A stretch of 52,263 nt of DNA from a virus. Taxonomy: Duplodnaviria; Caudoviricetes. The stretch is taken from positions 1-52,263 of IMG/VR virus record IMGVR_UViG_3300013094_000069. One strand, 5' to 3'. A model generated the notes under the pieces. It saw only the letters and a list, made by a program, of their open reading frames with translations. It made no database searches and had not been told where the DNA came from. The first letter of the stretch is position 1, and each line of letters opens with the position of its first letter. Below are positions 27,940-36,851 of this stretch, in pieces. Made by a program: the position numbers and the translations under genes.

Positions 27940-30084
27940 ATGGCATATACAATTACTCTAACAAACGGTTCAACACTAATCCCCGGTGGATTGTCAGATG
28001 GTTCAATCGATCAAGCGCACACAAGTCTAACATTAATTGGTAGAGATTATGCCGGCTACGGACAATTTTTAAATGAAAATTTTGTTCAATTAACAGAAAA
28101 TTTTGCAAACACTTCTAGTCCCGCTAATCCACTTAAAGGTCAATTGTGGTGGGATACCAAAGATAATATTTTAAAAGTTTATACTGGTAATACACAAAAC
28201 GGAAACTCAGGTTGGAAAGTATCAACTGGCGCAACTGCTTCTCCTAGTGCACCTACAGATTTAAGCGCATTAGGTGGTGACCTATGGTTTGATAGTATAA
28301 ACAGTCAGTTAAAAGTTTACAATGGTTTAGGTACCGGCGGAACTAACAATGATGGTTGGATTGTTGTTGGTCCGTACACTACTGCTGCAACTGGTAATAC
28401 AGGTATTTTTCCTGCATTGATGACAGATACCAGTGGTGGTAATCACGTTGTATTACAAATCACAATAGGACAGGGTGGAATTAACTCTAGTTCTGTGTAT
28501 GCAATTATTTCCACTGACTTATTTAGAAGTCAATTAAATGGTTTTAACCTAGTTAAGCCTGGTATTAATTTTAGTACAGTGGCTACATCACCATGGGGTA
28601 TTAGCATACAGGATACAAATGCTACAGCCAATACTATTGTCCAGCGCGATCCATCTGGTGGAATTACAGTTAACAACATAACAGCACAAGCAGTTACAGC
28701 ATCGTCATATAGTTTAAACGGTGGTTCTTTTACTGGTAACTTGATAGGTAATGTATCTGCTCCGATTGTATCAGCAGGATCAATCACAGCTCCATCAATT
28801 ACAGCAACAACCGGATTCAGCGGAACAATGTTAACTGCAAACCAGTATAACATTAGTAACATCGGTACTCTTGCACAATTAAATGTTAACGGAACAACTA
28901 ATTTAATTGGTACAGCAACATTAAACGGAACAGCAATTGCTACTGTAGGTGGCTCAGCAAGTTTTACTGCAATTAACAGTACAATCATTGGTAATCTAAC
29001 ACCAGCAACTGGCGCATTTACAACCTTACAGGCTACTAGTATTGGTACTATTACTCCTGGTACTTATACATTCACAACTGGTAATGTAGCCGCAGTACAA
29101 GCAAAAGCTATTGGCAACATTACTCCTGGTACTGGTGCATTTACAACATTAACAGCCTCGGCAGTTAATGCACCGATTATTGGTAATGTTGGGGCCGTTA
29201 TTACTGGAAATATCGGAACATCATATCAACCTGCTATCACTGGTGTCGGTATTATTAATTCAGGAACTTGGCAAGGTGCAACAATTCTTCCACAGTGGGG
29301 CGGAACTGGCGTAAACAACGGTTCTAATACACTAACATTGTCAGGTAGTTATACATTAAACCAACGTACTGACAGTGGTGCCGCTCCTACATTTTTTGGT
29401 ACAAATTTTAGCGGTATTCCTAATGGTGCATTGACAAACAGCAATGTTATAATAAATAATACTACAGTTAGTTTGGGCGGAAATGTAACAATTAATCCAA
29501 CATCTAGCCAAATTACTACCGCTTTGGGATACACACCATATAGTAACTCAAATCCCAACAATTATATAAATTCAGTCCCGTCATCAGCAGTTGGTTCTAC
29601 TCAAACCAATGGTAATTTTACCATCTTCAATGGTGGAACAGTTTCTACTCCTTCTTTAGCTTCGTTTACCGTTGGATCGTCGGGAATTTTTATGATTTCA
29701 ATATGGGGACAACATAATATATCAGTACTGCCTAACAATAATACAAACAATGGCCCAGCTGCACCGTTTAGTGTTCAATCTAATTTCCAATTAACTCTTA
29801 GCAATTCATCTAGTTCAGTTTATTGGCAAGACACAATGACGTTCACAGGATCAACTAATTATAAACCATATACCACCGGTGCATTTGGAACCGCTGCTGT
29901 ATTTCAGAAAGTTGATCCTTGGTCAGCAACAATACTACTAAGTTTACCTGCTGATACATACACATTAACAGCTACCAGCGCTGGTGCTTATGCAAACTAT
30001 CAAAGTAATAACTATACTTACTATAGCTTTAACCTTGAAGCATTTGGTAGTTCAAACTTTAATTACATTAAATTAGGTGCATAA
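27940..30084 (+). CDS. tail fibre protein 3
   Basis: Shared fibre N-terminus (LTLIGRDYAGYGQFLNENF..L.ENFA), shaft modules shared with fibre 2, ITTALGYTP motif and a distinct C-terminal beta-rich tip. Confidence 0.75.
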   Translation: MAYTITLTNGSTLIPGGLSDGSIDQAHTSLTLIGRDYAGYGQFLNENFVQLTENFANTSSPANPLKGQLWWDTKDNILKVYTGNTQNGNSGWKVSTGATASPSAPTDLSALGGDLWFDSINSQLKVYNGLGTGGTNNDGWIVVGPYTTAATGNTGIFPALMTDTSGGNHVVLQITIGQGGINSSSVYAIISTDLFRSQLNGFNLVKPGINFSTVATSPWGISIQDTNATANTIVQRDPSGGITVNNITAQAVTASSYSLNGGSFTGNLIGNVSAPIVSAGSITAPSITATTGFSGTMLTANQYNISNIGTLAQLNVNGTTNLIGTATLNGTAIATVGGSASFTAINSTIIGNLTPATGAFTTLQATSIGTITPGTYTFTTGNVAAVQAKAIGNITPGTGAFTTLTASAVNAPIIGNVGAVITGNIGTSYQPAITGVGIINSGTWQGATILPQWGGTGVNNGSNTLTLSGSYTLNQRTDSGAAPTFFGTNFSGIPNGALTNSNVIINNTTVSLGGNVTINPTSSQITTALGYTPYSNSNPNNYINSVPSSAVGSTQTNGNFTIFNGGTVSTPSLASFTVGSSGIFMISIWGQHNISVLPNNNTNNGPAAPFSVQSNFQLTLSNSSSSVYWQDTMTFTGSTNYKPYTTGAFGTAAVFQKVDPWSATILLSLPADTYTLTATSAGAYANYQSNNYTYYSFNLEAFGSSNFNYIKLGA
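28988..29150 (+). repeat. three degenerate tandem coding repeats IGxxTPxTxxFTT in fibre 3
   Basis: IGNLTPATGAFTT / IGTITPGTYTFTT / IGNITPGTGAFTT. The DNA attactcctggtact occurs twice. Confidence 0.7.
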
Positions 30085-30108
30085 TTTGATTAAGATGCTT
30101 ATTTTGGG

Positions 30109-30154
30109 ATAAGTAAGTTTAACACAGATGTATATTGGTAAATATAATATACAT
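30109..30154 (+). promoter_or_regulatory. late promoter boxes (ATAAGTA, TAAATA); TAAATA lies in the loop of a 9-bp inverted repeat
   Basis: atgtatatt (30128-30136) and aatatacat (30146-30154) flank ggTAAATAt. Confidence 0.5.
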
Positions 30155-30180
30155 ATCTAATTCGCAAGGATAACAATAAC

Positions 30181-31134
30181 ATGGCATATTCACAAGGTGG
30201 CTTAATAGCAGCCGCAGATTACAACGGATTCGTAGGATCTAATAATACTACCTCAGGAACATTAAACTATGTTTGGTCAACCGGCAATGGACAATATGGA
30301 TACGGCCAGTCTGGGCTAGCAACAGTAAGTGGTGCGGGCACAGTAACAGCAACACAATGGGCGTCATTGATCAATACAATGAATACTGTTAGTCAACACC
30401 AAAGTGGATCGTCGTCTGGATTGAGCGCACCGACAGCAGGTGGATTAATTACATATTTAAGTACAGTTTCTAGTGGCATTAGCACATACAATACAAACCA
30501 TTTAAGTTTTGCTTCACAAGGCTCTACTGCAACTGGTACTGTTTACAGTCCAAATCCTTCAGCAACTAATAATTCAACATACGGCGAATCCACTATTGCA
30601 CAACGTGTTGCAACTTTTAGCTCACCTGACGCAGCACGTTACTTTTTTAATGCCGGCGGTCAACTTAATTTTATTATCACCAGTGTTGCTAATAATGATG
30701 GAACTAGTCGTAGTCAAGACGGTGTTAATGTGATCGGATCTTATTTTGGTGGTGTAAATGCAATCCGCGCAACCACAAACGGTGGCATATCAGGATCAGG
30801 CGGTACAGTAGCTGCTAATAACACTAGCATTGGCTACTATGGATTAACAACCAGTCCAGTCACGTACCATCAAGTTAATACAACTAATAGTACGTATTCA
30901 GGAGATTATGTTAAATTTTACATGAGTTCCAATGGCCCACAGGGATCCAATGGTGATAACGGAACTGTTATTAATATGTACATAAACTATTATACAGCAC
31001 ACACTAGTACCACTTCTGGCTTATATGGTAGCTCGGGGGATACGTTTAATATCACAGTTAACCATCGCGTTGATGTAGTTTACCCAGAATCCAGTTACCT
31101 CAGTAACACCTGGGGCACAGTAACAATCTCTTAA
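30181..31134 (+). CDS. virion structural protein (tail/fibre associated)
   Basis: Strong SD (AAGGA), S/T/G/N-rich composition, GYGQ and ARYFFNAGG motifs. Last gene of the late block. Confidence 0.6.
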   Translation: MAYSQGGLIAAADYNGFVGSNNTTSGTLNYVWSTGNGQYGYGQSGLATVSGAGTVTATQWASLINTMNTVSQHQSGSSSGLSAPTAGGLITYLSTVSSGISTYNTNHLSFASQGSTATGTVYSPNPSATNNSTYGESTIAQRVATFSSPDAARYFFNAGGQLNFIITSVANNDGTSRSQDGVNVIGSYFGGVNAIRATTNGGISGSGGTVAANNTSIGYYGLTTSPVTYHQVNTTNSTYSGDYVKFYMSSNGPQGSNGDNGTVINMYINYYTAHTSTTSGLYGSSGDTFNITVNHRVDVVYPESSYLSNTWGTVTIS

Positions 31135-31145
31135 TCCATTTTAAG

Positions 31146-31174
31146 TTGACATTTGGGGTGTAGAGTAGTATAAT
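31146..31174 (+). promoter_or_regulatory. perfect consensus sigma70 promoter TTGACA-17 bp-TATAAT driving the enzyme island
   Basis: TTGACA at 31146-31151, TATAAT at 31169-31174, next ATG at 31200. Confidence 0.8.
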
Positions 31175-31191
31175 TACTATCTACACCTTTT
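31157..31191 (+). terminator. intrinsic terminator-like hairpin ending the structural block
   Basis: ggtgtagagtagta-taat-tactatctacacc (13 bp, one bulge) followed by TTTT. Confidence 0.6.
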
Positions 31192-31199
31192 ATTCTATT

Positions 31200-31547
31200 A
31201 TGAGTGAACTTGAAAAACTTACAGCCGAAATTCGTCGGGCAACTGACTACCGAGTTAACAAAACTATTTTGCGAGAGAAGATCCAAACTGATCTTCACTT
31301 TCCCTATAACGGTGGATTGTTTAAAGCCACACAGGAATTAATTGCCTTTGTATATGCGTGGAGTGGCACCGAAGAGATTTGGCCCCAGGATCAAGGTGAC
31401 CCCATCTTCTTAGAAGATACATATGGCAATCCGATTCGCATAGATAATAGAAAAGAATTTTACCAACGAGCCTGCGAACAATATCAACAAGCAATGAATC
31501 AATGGCATCAACAACATGCAGAACTTAAAAAAATTAGAAAAGTCTAG
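31200..31547 (+). CDS. hypothetical protein, first gene of the enzyme island
   Basis: 115-aa ORF directly behind the promoter, overlapping the next gene. No recognisable motif. Confidence 0.7.
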   Translation: MSELEKLTAEIRRATDYRVNKTILREKIQTDLHFPYNGGLFKATQELIAFVYAWSGTEEIWPQDQGDPIFLEDTYGNPIRIDNRKEFYQRACEQYQQAMNQWHQQHAELKKIRKV

Positions 31548-32343
31548 GGGTGTGGTTGTATTTGCTTTTAATTCTTCAACTGTTGATTATGTTCGTATAG
31601 CAGATCAAACCAGTAGATTAACTGCACATACACTGGGGCTACCTATAACACTTATCACCGATAGTGATGCCACTCCTAAATTTGCATACGATCATATTAT
31701 AAGGGTAGATACTCCTGCTGAGACTTTGAGATTAGACCAAAATTCAAAACAAATAACCTGGCGTAATTTTGGTAGGTACTTAGCATATGAACTTAGTCCA
31801 TATACCGAAACTATTCTACTAGACACAGACTATCTTGTATTTGATAGATCTTTATTGAATTTATTTAATACTGATTTTGATTATAAATTGATGCATAACA
31901 ATCGGTCCATTGATGGTATGTATACTTTCCCACTTATGGGAGAGACTAGTTTGCCCTTTGTTTGGGCAACCGTTGTGTTGTGTAGAAAAACCGAACGTAG
32001 TAAATTGTTTTTTAATTTAATTGGGCGAATACAGCGTAACTATGAATACTACAGGGCTTTGTATAATGTTCGTGAGCGTAATTATAGAAATGATTATGCT
32101 TTTGCTATTGCTAATACAATCATAAACGGCTATAATCCAAGTAGAGATCAAGGCATCCCGTGGACGATGCACACAGTAGATAAATCAATTGAACGAATAA
32201 TGTTAACTGACAATTTTCTTAGAATATACAATGCAGATGAAGCATTAGTTGTCCCCTACAGTAATCTACATGTTATGGATAAAACATATCTGCAGAGCAG
32301 AGATTTTGAACAAGTGGTGGAGGCCATCTGTGAGCCAACATAA
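31516..32343 (+). CDS. GT-A fold glycosyltransferase (GT8-like)
   Basis: GVVVFAFN...SPYTETILLDTDYL (DxD)...RNDYAF...LHVMDK. Confidence 0.65.
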   Translation: MQNLKKLEKSRGVVVFAFNSSTVDYVRIADQTSRLTAHTLGLPITLITDSDATPKFAYDHIIRVDTPAETLRLDQNSKQITWRNFGRYLAYELSPYTETILLDTDYLVFDRSLLNLFNTDFDYKLMHNNRSIDGMYTFPLMGETSLPFVWATVVLCRKTERSKLFFNLIGRIQRNYEYYRALYNVRERNYRNDYAFAIANTIINGYNPSRDQGIPWTMHTVDKSIERIMLTDNFLRIYNADEALVVPYSNLHVMDKTYLQSRDFEQVVEAICEPT

Positions 32344-33169
32344 AGAACAACAGGGTTTTGTGACCTTTGCCGTTAATACCGCCGAAGTCAACTACGGAGA
32401 ACTTGCATATCTACAATGCTTGAATGTCAAAGCTACGCAACAAAACAATCGCTATGCAGTTATTGTTGATGTTAATACGTACGAATCGTTTACAGAACAA
32501 CAACTAAACACATTTGATTATGTAATACAGATTGGTGTTGATAGAGACAATCCATTTAGTGCAGAGCCAACAGTTTGGCATCATACTCCATTTAAAGAAA
32601 CAATCAAATTGGAAAGTGACCTATTGTTTACTCGTAGTGTCGATCATTGGTGGACCGCGTTTAGATTAAAAAATGTTTGTTTGAGTACACATGCCAGGAC
32701 CTCTACTGGTGCCATGCTTGATAGGTTTATCAAGTACAGAGAATTATTCGAAGCCAATCAATTGCCTGACGTATACAACGGATTAATGTATTTTAGATAC
32801 ACACAAGAAGCACATGACTTTTTTCTAACTGCTAGAAACATATTTGAAAATTGGGATATTGTTAAAAAAGAATTAATACAATGTGATGTTGCACCTAGTA
32901 CAGACGTAGTCTACGCCATAGCTGCATTGATATTAGGCGAAGATCTGGTAACTATGCCAAGTATGGACTTTTTAAACTTTGTGCATATGAAATCAAGATT
33001 CAATGGCTGGAGCGATACATTAAGTTGGTTAGATACGGTAGTCAATGAAAGAGACGGTGATATTGTACGCATCAACAACTTGAACCAATATTATCCGGTA
33101 CACTACTACGATAAAAGTTATTGTACACAAGAACTAATAGAATATTATGAACGACGAGTTTTGGACTGA
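32330..33169 (+). CDS. GT-A fold glycosyltransferase-like protein, paralog of the upstream gene
   Basis: GFVTFAVN...TPFKETIKLESDLL (ExD)...STDVVYA...FVHMK. The start is reassigned to GTG at 32330 (GGAGG at 32319-32323). Confidence 0.6.
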   Translation: MSQHKEQQGFVTFAVNTAEVNYGELAYLQCLNVKATQQNNRYAVIVDVNTYESFTEQQLNTFDYVIQIGVDRDNPFSAEPTVWHHTPFKETIKLESDLLFTRSVDHWWTAFRLKNVCLSTHARTSTGAMLDRFIKYRELFEANQLPDVYNGLMYFRYTQEAHDFFLTARNIFENWDIVKKELIQCDVAPSTDVVYAIAALILGEDLVTMPSMDFLNFVHMKSRFNGWSDTLSWLDTVVNERDGDIVRINNLNQYYPVHYYDKSYCTQELIEYYERRVLD

Positions 33170-33494
33170 ACTAGAAAAATTAATACAACCTGTACAACCT
33201 TTGACAATTGAGTATAGGTTGTATTATGATGAAAATGGCAACATAACTTCTTGTTCCATGAATGAACACAAAACTGTAGATAGTTATGTAGTAGTAACAA
33301 AAGAAATATATGAAAATTATTTCAAATATCAAATTGTAAACGGTGTACCTAAATTAATTAATCGAGATAGCTCTCGAGGACGACAACTAACACCCAGCAA
33401 CAATGGCTACCCAGTGGTAAAAGGACATGCTGGATTAATAATCGAAGACACAGAAACGTATCCAGAAATAGAATATTATGCAAGAAACAATTGA
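33147..33494 (+). CDS. hypothetical protein
   Basis: 115 aa, overlapping both neighbours (YRLYYDENGNI...). Confidence 0.65.
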   Translation: MNDEFWTELEKLIQPVQPLTIEYRLYYDENGNITSCSMNEHKTVDSYVVVTKEIYENYFKYQIVNGVPKLINRDSSRGRQLTPSNNGYPVVKGHAGLIIEDTETYPEIEYYARNN

Positions 33495-34371
33495 CGTAGC
33501 AGATTTAGACTGCATATTTTTAACTTATGATGAACCTAAAAAAGAAGAATTTTGGATTAAAGTTTCCAACATGGTACCTTGGGCTAAACGTGTCGATGGA
33601 GTTAAGGGATCTGATGCTGCACACAAAGCAGCCGCAGATGCCAGTGACACTGATCGCTTTGTGCTTATTGATGGTGACAATCTGCCTGATGCTGATTTCT
33701 TTAACCTGCAGTTACATTTGGATTCTACCAATGTCAATAGCGTTTTTCGTTGGCGGGCTCGCAATAGCATCAATGGCTTGATGTACGGCAATGGTGGTAT
33801 GAGTTGCTGGACAAAGGAATTTGTCTACAACATGCGAACACACGAAGCGTCAGATGGATCAGATGATACCGCAGTAGAATTTTGTTTTGATCCTAACTAT
33901 TGGTCTATGCATGATTGTTACAGTACTACATATCCTGATGCAACTCCGTTTCAGGCCTGGAGAGCAGGATTTCGTGAAGGGGTTAAAATGTGTTTAGATC
34001 GCGGTACTAAACCTACATTAGAAGAATTTAACCGACGTATAGTAAATCGCAACTACGATAATTTATGTATTTGGCAGAGTGTCGGTGCCGACAATCCCAA
34101 TGGGTTCTGGGCTATGTATGGAGCACGGCTTGGCACTCATTTAACAATGTTGACCAATTGGGATTATCGCCAGGTACAAGACTTTGACGTATTAAATGGA
34201 ATGTGGAATACTTATAAGAATGCTGGGGAAGAAAATTGTATAGCACTAGGGGAGATTTTAAGAAAAAGATTAGATTTAAACATAGTAGATATGAATGCAG
34301 AAGAAAGTCGTTTCTTCAAGCATCATTATAAAAGTCAGTTTGCAAACAAAGGACCATTAGTACGTGAGTAA
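33478..34371 (+). CDS. glycosyltransferase-like protein (GT-A, DGD motif)
   Basis: DCIFLTYDEP...AAHKAAA...RFVLIDGDN...YGNGG...AWRAGFREGVKM. Homologous to the C-terminal domain of the 50322 protein. Confidence 0.6.
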   Translation: MQETIDVADLDCIFLTYDEPKKEEFWIKVSNMVPWAKRVDGVKGSDAAHKAAADASDTDRFVLIDGDNLPDADFFNLQLHLDSTNVNSVFRWRARNSINGLMYGNGGMSCWTKEFVYNMRTHEASDGSDDTAVEFCFDPNYWSMHDCYSTTYPDATPFQAWRAGFREGVKMCLDRGTKPTLEEFNRRIVNRNYDNLCIWQSVGADNPNGFWAMYGARLGTHLTMLTNWDYRQVQDFDVLNGMWNTYKNAGEENCIALGEILRKRLDLNIVDMNAEESRFFKHHYKSQFANKGPLVRE

Positions 34372-35752
34372 ATCAGATTTCATGGCATCAGCTGAGTGGA
34401 TGCAGGCTAATTTAGGGCCTGCCCTCTGTTTGGCTAAATGGAAACAAGTTAGTCTACACTTACCTACTGGACTTAACAATAGCTGTTATCATCCGCCGTT
34501 GCATGAAATAGATGCAACTGCAATACAAACTAACCCTGGTGCATTGCACAATACCGCACACAAAAAGCAACAACGTGTAATGATGCTTCAACAGGAAAAG
34601 CCCGCAGAGTGCAGTTATTGTTGGAACATAGAAAAACACGATCAACTCAGTGACCGACATTATCGTTCGGGCGAGCCATGGGCTGCCGAAGAATATGATA
34701 CTATTATAAATAGTACAGGAGACGAAGATGATGTGGTTCCTAGTTACGTTGAAGTTAATTTTAACAATGCTTGTAATTTGTCATGTAGCTATTGCAGTCC
34801 ACAATTTAGCTCAACCTGGCAGTCTGAAATCGATCGCTTTGGTGGATATCCTACTAGTACTACTCACAATAGTCGCGAGCATTTTACAGGACGCAATCGT
34901 CCTATCCCTGTAAAAGATCACAATCCATATGTAGAAGCATTTTGGGAATGGTGGCCCACCTTGTATCCCAAATTAAAACATTTTCGCATGACCGGTGGTG
35001 AACCACTAATGGATCGGAATACCTACAAGGTATTTGATTATGTGTTGGCCATGCCCAATCCTGAATTGCATTTGAATGTAACCAGTAACTTTAGTGTAGA
35101 GCAAAATCTACTAGACAAGTATTTGAATTATGTCAAACAGTTGTGTTCTACACAAATAGAGCATTTTATGCAGTTTGTTAGTGTAGACTCAGGGATTCCC
35201 AGTCACGCTGAATATATTAGACACGGCTTAAACTTTAATCGTATGTATGGTAATGCTCAGAGATTCTTAGATGAAATACCACATCGTAATAGTCTAACGT
35301 TTATTATCACGATGAACAATTTATCAGTACTGGGATTGCAACGCCAATTGGAATGGATACTGACCATGCGCAAAAGATTCAGTACAACCTACCAACGTGT
35401 TTGGTTTGATACTCCGTTATTGCGCAAACCTGAATGGCAAAGTCTACAGATACTTCCGCCTGTGTATGTTGGTGTATTGGAACGTGTGGCAGACTGGATG
35501 GAGTTGAACTTGGAAAAGCCAGAAGATCCATTCCATGGATTCAAAGACTATGAAGTACAACGCCTACGTCGAGATATAGCGTGGATGAGAGAAGGTGCCT
35601 CATTGGATTCTGCGTACATTAACCTACAACGTGGTAATTTCTTTAGGTTCTTCAACGAACATGACCGTAGACGCAAAACCAACTTCTTATCAACATTTCC
35701 AGAAATGCGAGAGTTTTGGAAAGAGTGTGAGTATCATGCAAAAAATTCCTGA
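34364..35752 (+). CDS. radical SAM enzyme 1 (N-terminal twitch/SPASM-like Cys motif)
   Basis: CNLSCSYC and TGGEP. N-terminal CLAKW..SCYH..ECSYCW. Confidence 0.9.
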   Translation: MSKSDFMASAEWMQANLGPALCLAKWKQVSLHLPTGLNNSCYHPPLHEIDATAIQTNPGALHNTAHKKQQRVMMLQQEKPAECSYCWNIEKHDQLSDRHYRSGEPWAAEEYDTIINSTGDEDDVVPSYVEVNFNNACNLSCSYCSPQFSSTWQSEIDRFGGYPTSTTHNSREHFTGRNRPIPVKDHNPYVEAFWEWWPTLYPKLKHFRMTGGEPLMDRNTYKVFDYVLAMPNPELHLNVTSNFSVEQNLLDKYLNYVKQLCSTQIEHFMQFVSVDSGIPSHAEYIRHGLNFNRMYGNAQRFLDEIPHRNSLTFIITMNNLSVLGLQRQLEWILTMRKRFSTTYQRVWFDTPLLRKPEWQSLQILPPVYVGVLERVADWMELNLEKPEDPFHGFKDYEVQRLRRDIAWMREGASLDSAYINLQRGNFFRFFNEHDRRRKTNFLSTFPEMREFWKECEYHAKNS

Positions 35753-36851
35753 TACTTTTTGTTCAGGCAAATGGGAAGAACTTTGCTTTAACTTAAACTA
35801 CAATTATGTCTACGGCTGTTGTAGTGCTAAACCTGTGAAGTTTGTTAAAGACTATAACGAAGTATTGGATCAGCAGAAAACAAATTTATTAAATGGTGTT
35901 AAAGATTCTAGTTGCAATTATTGTTGGAGTGTAGAAGCCGGAGGCAAGCCTAGTAGACGTAATGAATACACTAATGCCTTTGATGGTGACTTAACCCCTT
36001 ATATAAACAATACTGCACCGGTTAAGTTACTAGAACTCAATCTTGGTAATGAATGTAATTTTCAATGTGTGTACTGCAATCCCAAGTACAGTAGTTTATG
36101 GGAAGCAGACGTAAGAAAGCAACCATATAAAGTTTTCACAGATAGATTCAATTACGGTCTACTAGACAAAACCGACGAATCGGTTAGTGATGCTAATATA
36201 GCCGTACTCGAGCAAATTGGGTTTGTAGAAGAAGTACGAATTATAGGTGGCGAGCCACTGATGAACAAGAACCTGTGGCCATTATTAGAAAATGTCAACA
36301 CCGGAACTTTGCATATTACAACCAATTTGTCCTGTAAAACCGAAACATTAGACCGATTATTTGCTACCAAATTTGAACGTATTAGATTACAAATAAGTTT
36401 GGATGCGCCTAAAGCAATATCTGAATTTGCACGATTCGGAACAGACTTTGATCAAATGATGCAGACATTAAACTATGCATTGACATCTGCACCTGAACAT
36501 GTTACAATAACTATTGCAAGTACTTTTTCTAGTTTAACCATTAGGGGTATAGAAGAATTTGCAGAAATGGTACGCAAATGGCAAAAAGTAAGACCTGCAT
36601 TAATATGGACATTGAACTATTGCAGGACTCCAAACATACAAAGTTTTTATACATTGCCTGGCCAGTATCGTGCAGATATAGCAAAAGTACTAGAGCAAGT
36701 TAAGACAATGCCCAATATAGAACGTGTAGAAATTGTAGAGTCAGCGTTAGAGAACTATAAATTTAGTCCTACTATGCACAAAGAATTAAAACATTTTTTT
36801 CAGCAATTTGCTGAACGTAAGAATATAACAATACCAATATGCCTAGACTAG
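35736..36851 (+). CDS. radical SAM enzyme 2
   Basis: CNFQCVYC and IGGEP. N-terminal CSGKW..GCC..SCNYCW. The start is reassigned to ATG at 35736, which overlaps the end of the previous gene. Confidence 0.85.
   Translation: MQKIPDTFCSGKWEELCFNLNYNYVYGCCSAKPVKFVKDYNEVLDQQKTNLLNGVKDSSCNYCWSVEAGGKPSRRNEYTNAFDGDLTPYINNTAPVKLLELNLGNECNFQCVYCNPKYSSLWEADVRKQPYKVFTDRFNYGLLDKTDESVSDANIAVLEQIGFVEEVRIIGGEPLMNKNLWPLLENVNTGTLHITTNLSCKTETLDRLFATKFERIRLQISLDAPKAISEFARFGTDFDQMMQTLNYALTSAPEHVTITIASTFSSLTIRGIEEFAEMVRKWQKVRPALIWTLNYCRTPNIQSFYTLPGQYRADIAKVLEQVKTMPNIERVEIVESALENYKFSPTMHKELKHFFQQFAERKNITIPICLD

Noticed and set aside
26614-29561. Antisense ORFs (26614-27018, 27034-27231, 27253-27507, 28530-28988, 29349-29561) and similar short shadows elsewhere
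   Set aside because: They are mirror frames of Thr/Gly/Ser-rich fibre codons, fully inside well-supported genes, with no motifs or RBS.
22730-30084. Diversity-generating retroelement or invertible shufflon acting on the fibres
   Set aside because: No reverse transcriptase or recombinase is present, and I saw no long near-identical TR/VR pair or inverted crossover sites.
35595-35735. Long N-terminal extension of radical SAM 2 as given in the ORF track (likewise 32249-32329)
   Set aside because: It overlaps the upstream gene extensively. Downstream starts (35736 ATG; 32330 GTG with GGAGG) match the paralog N-termini.
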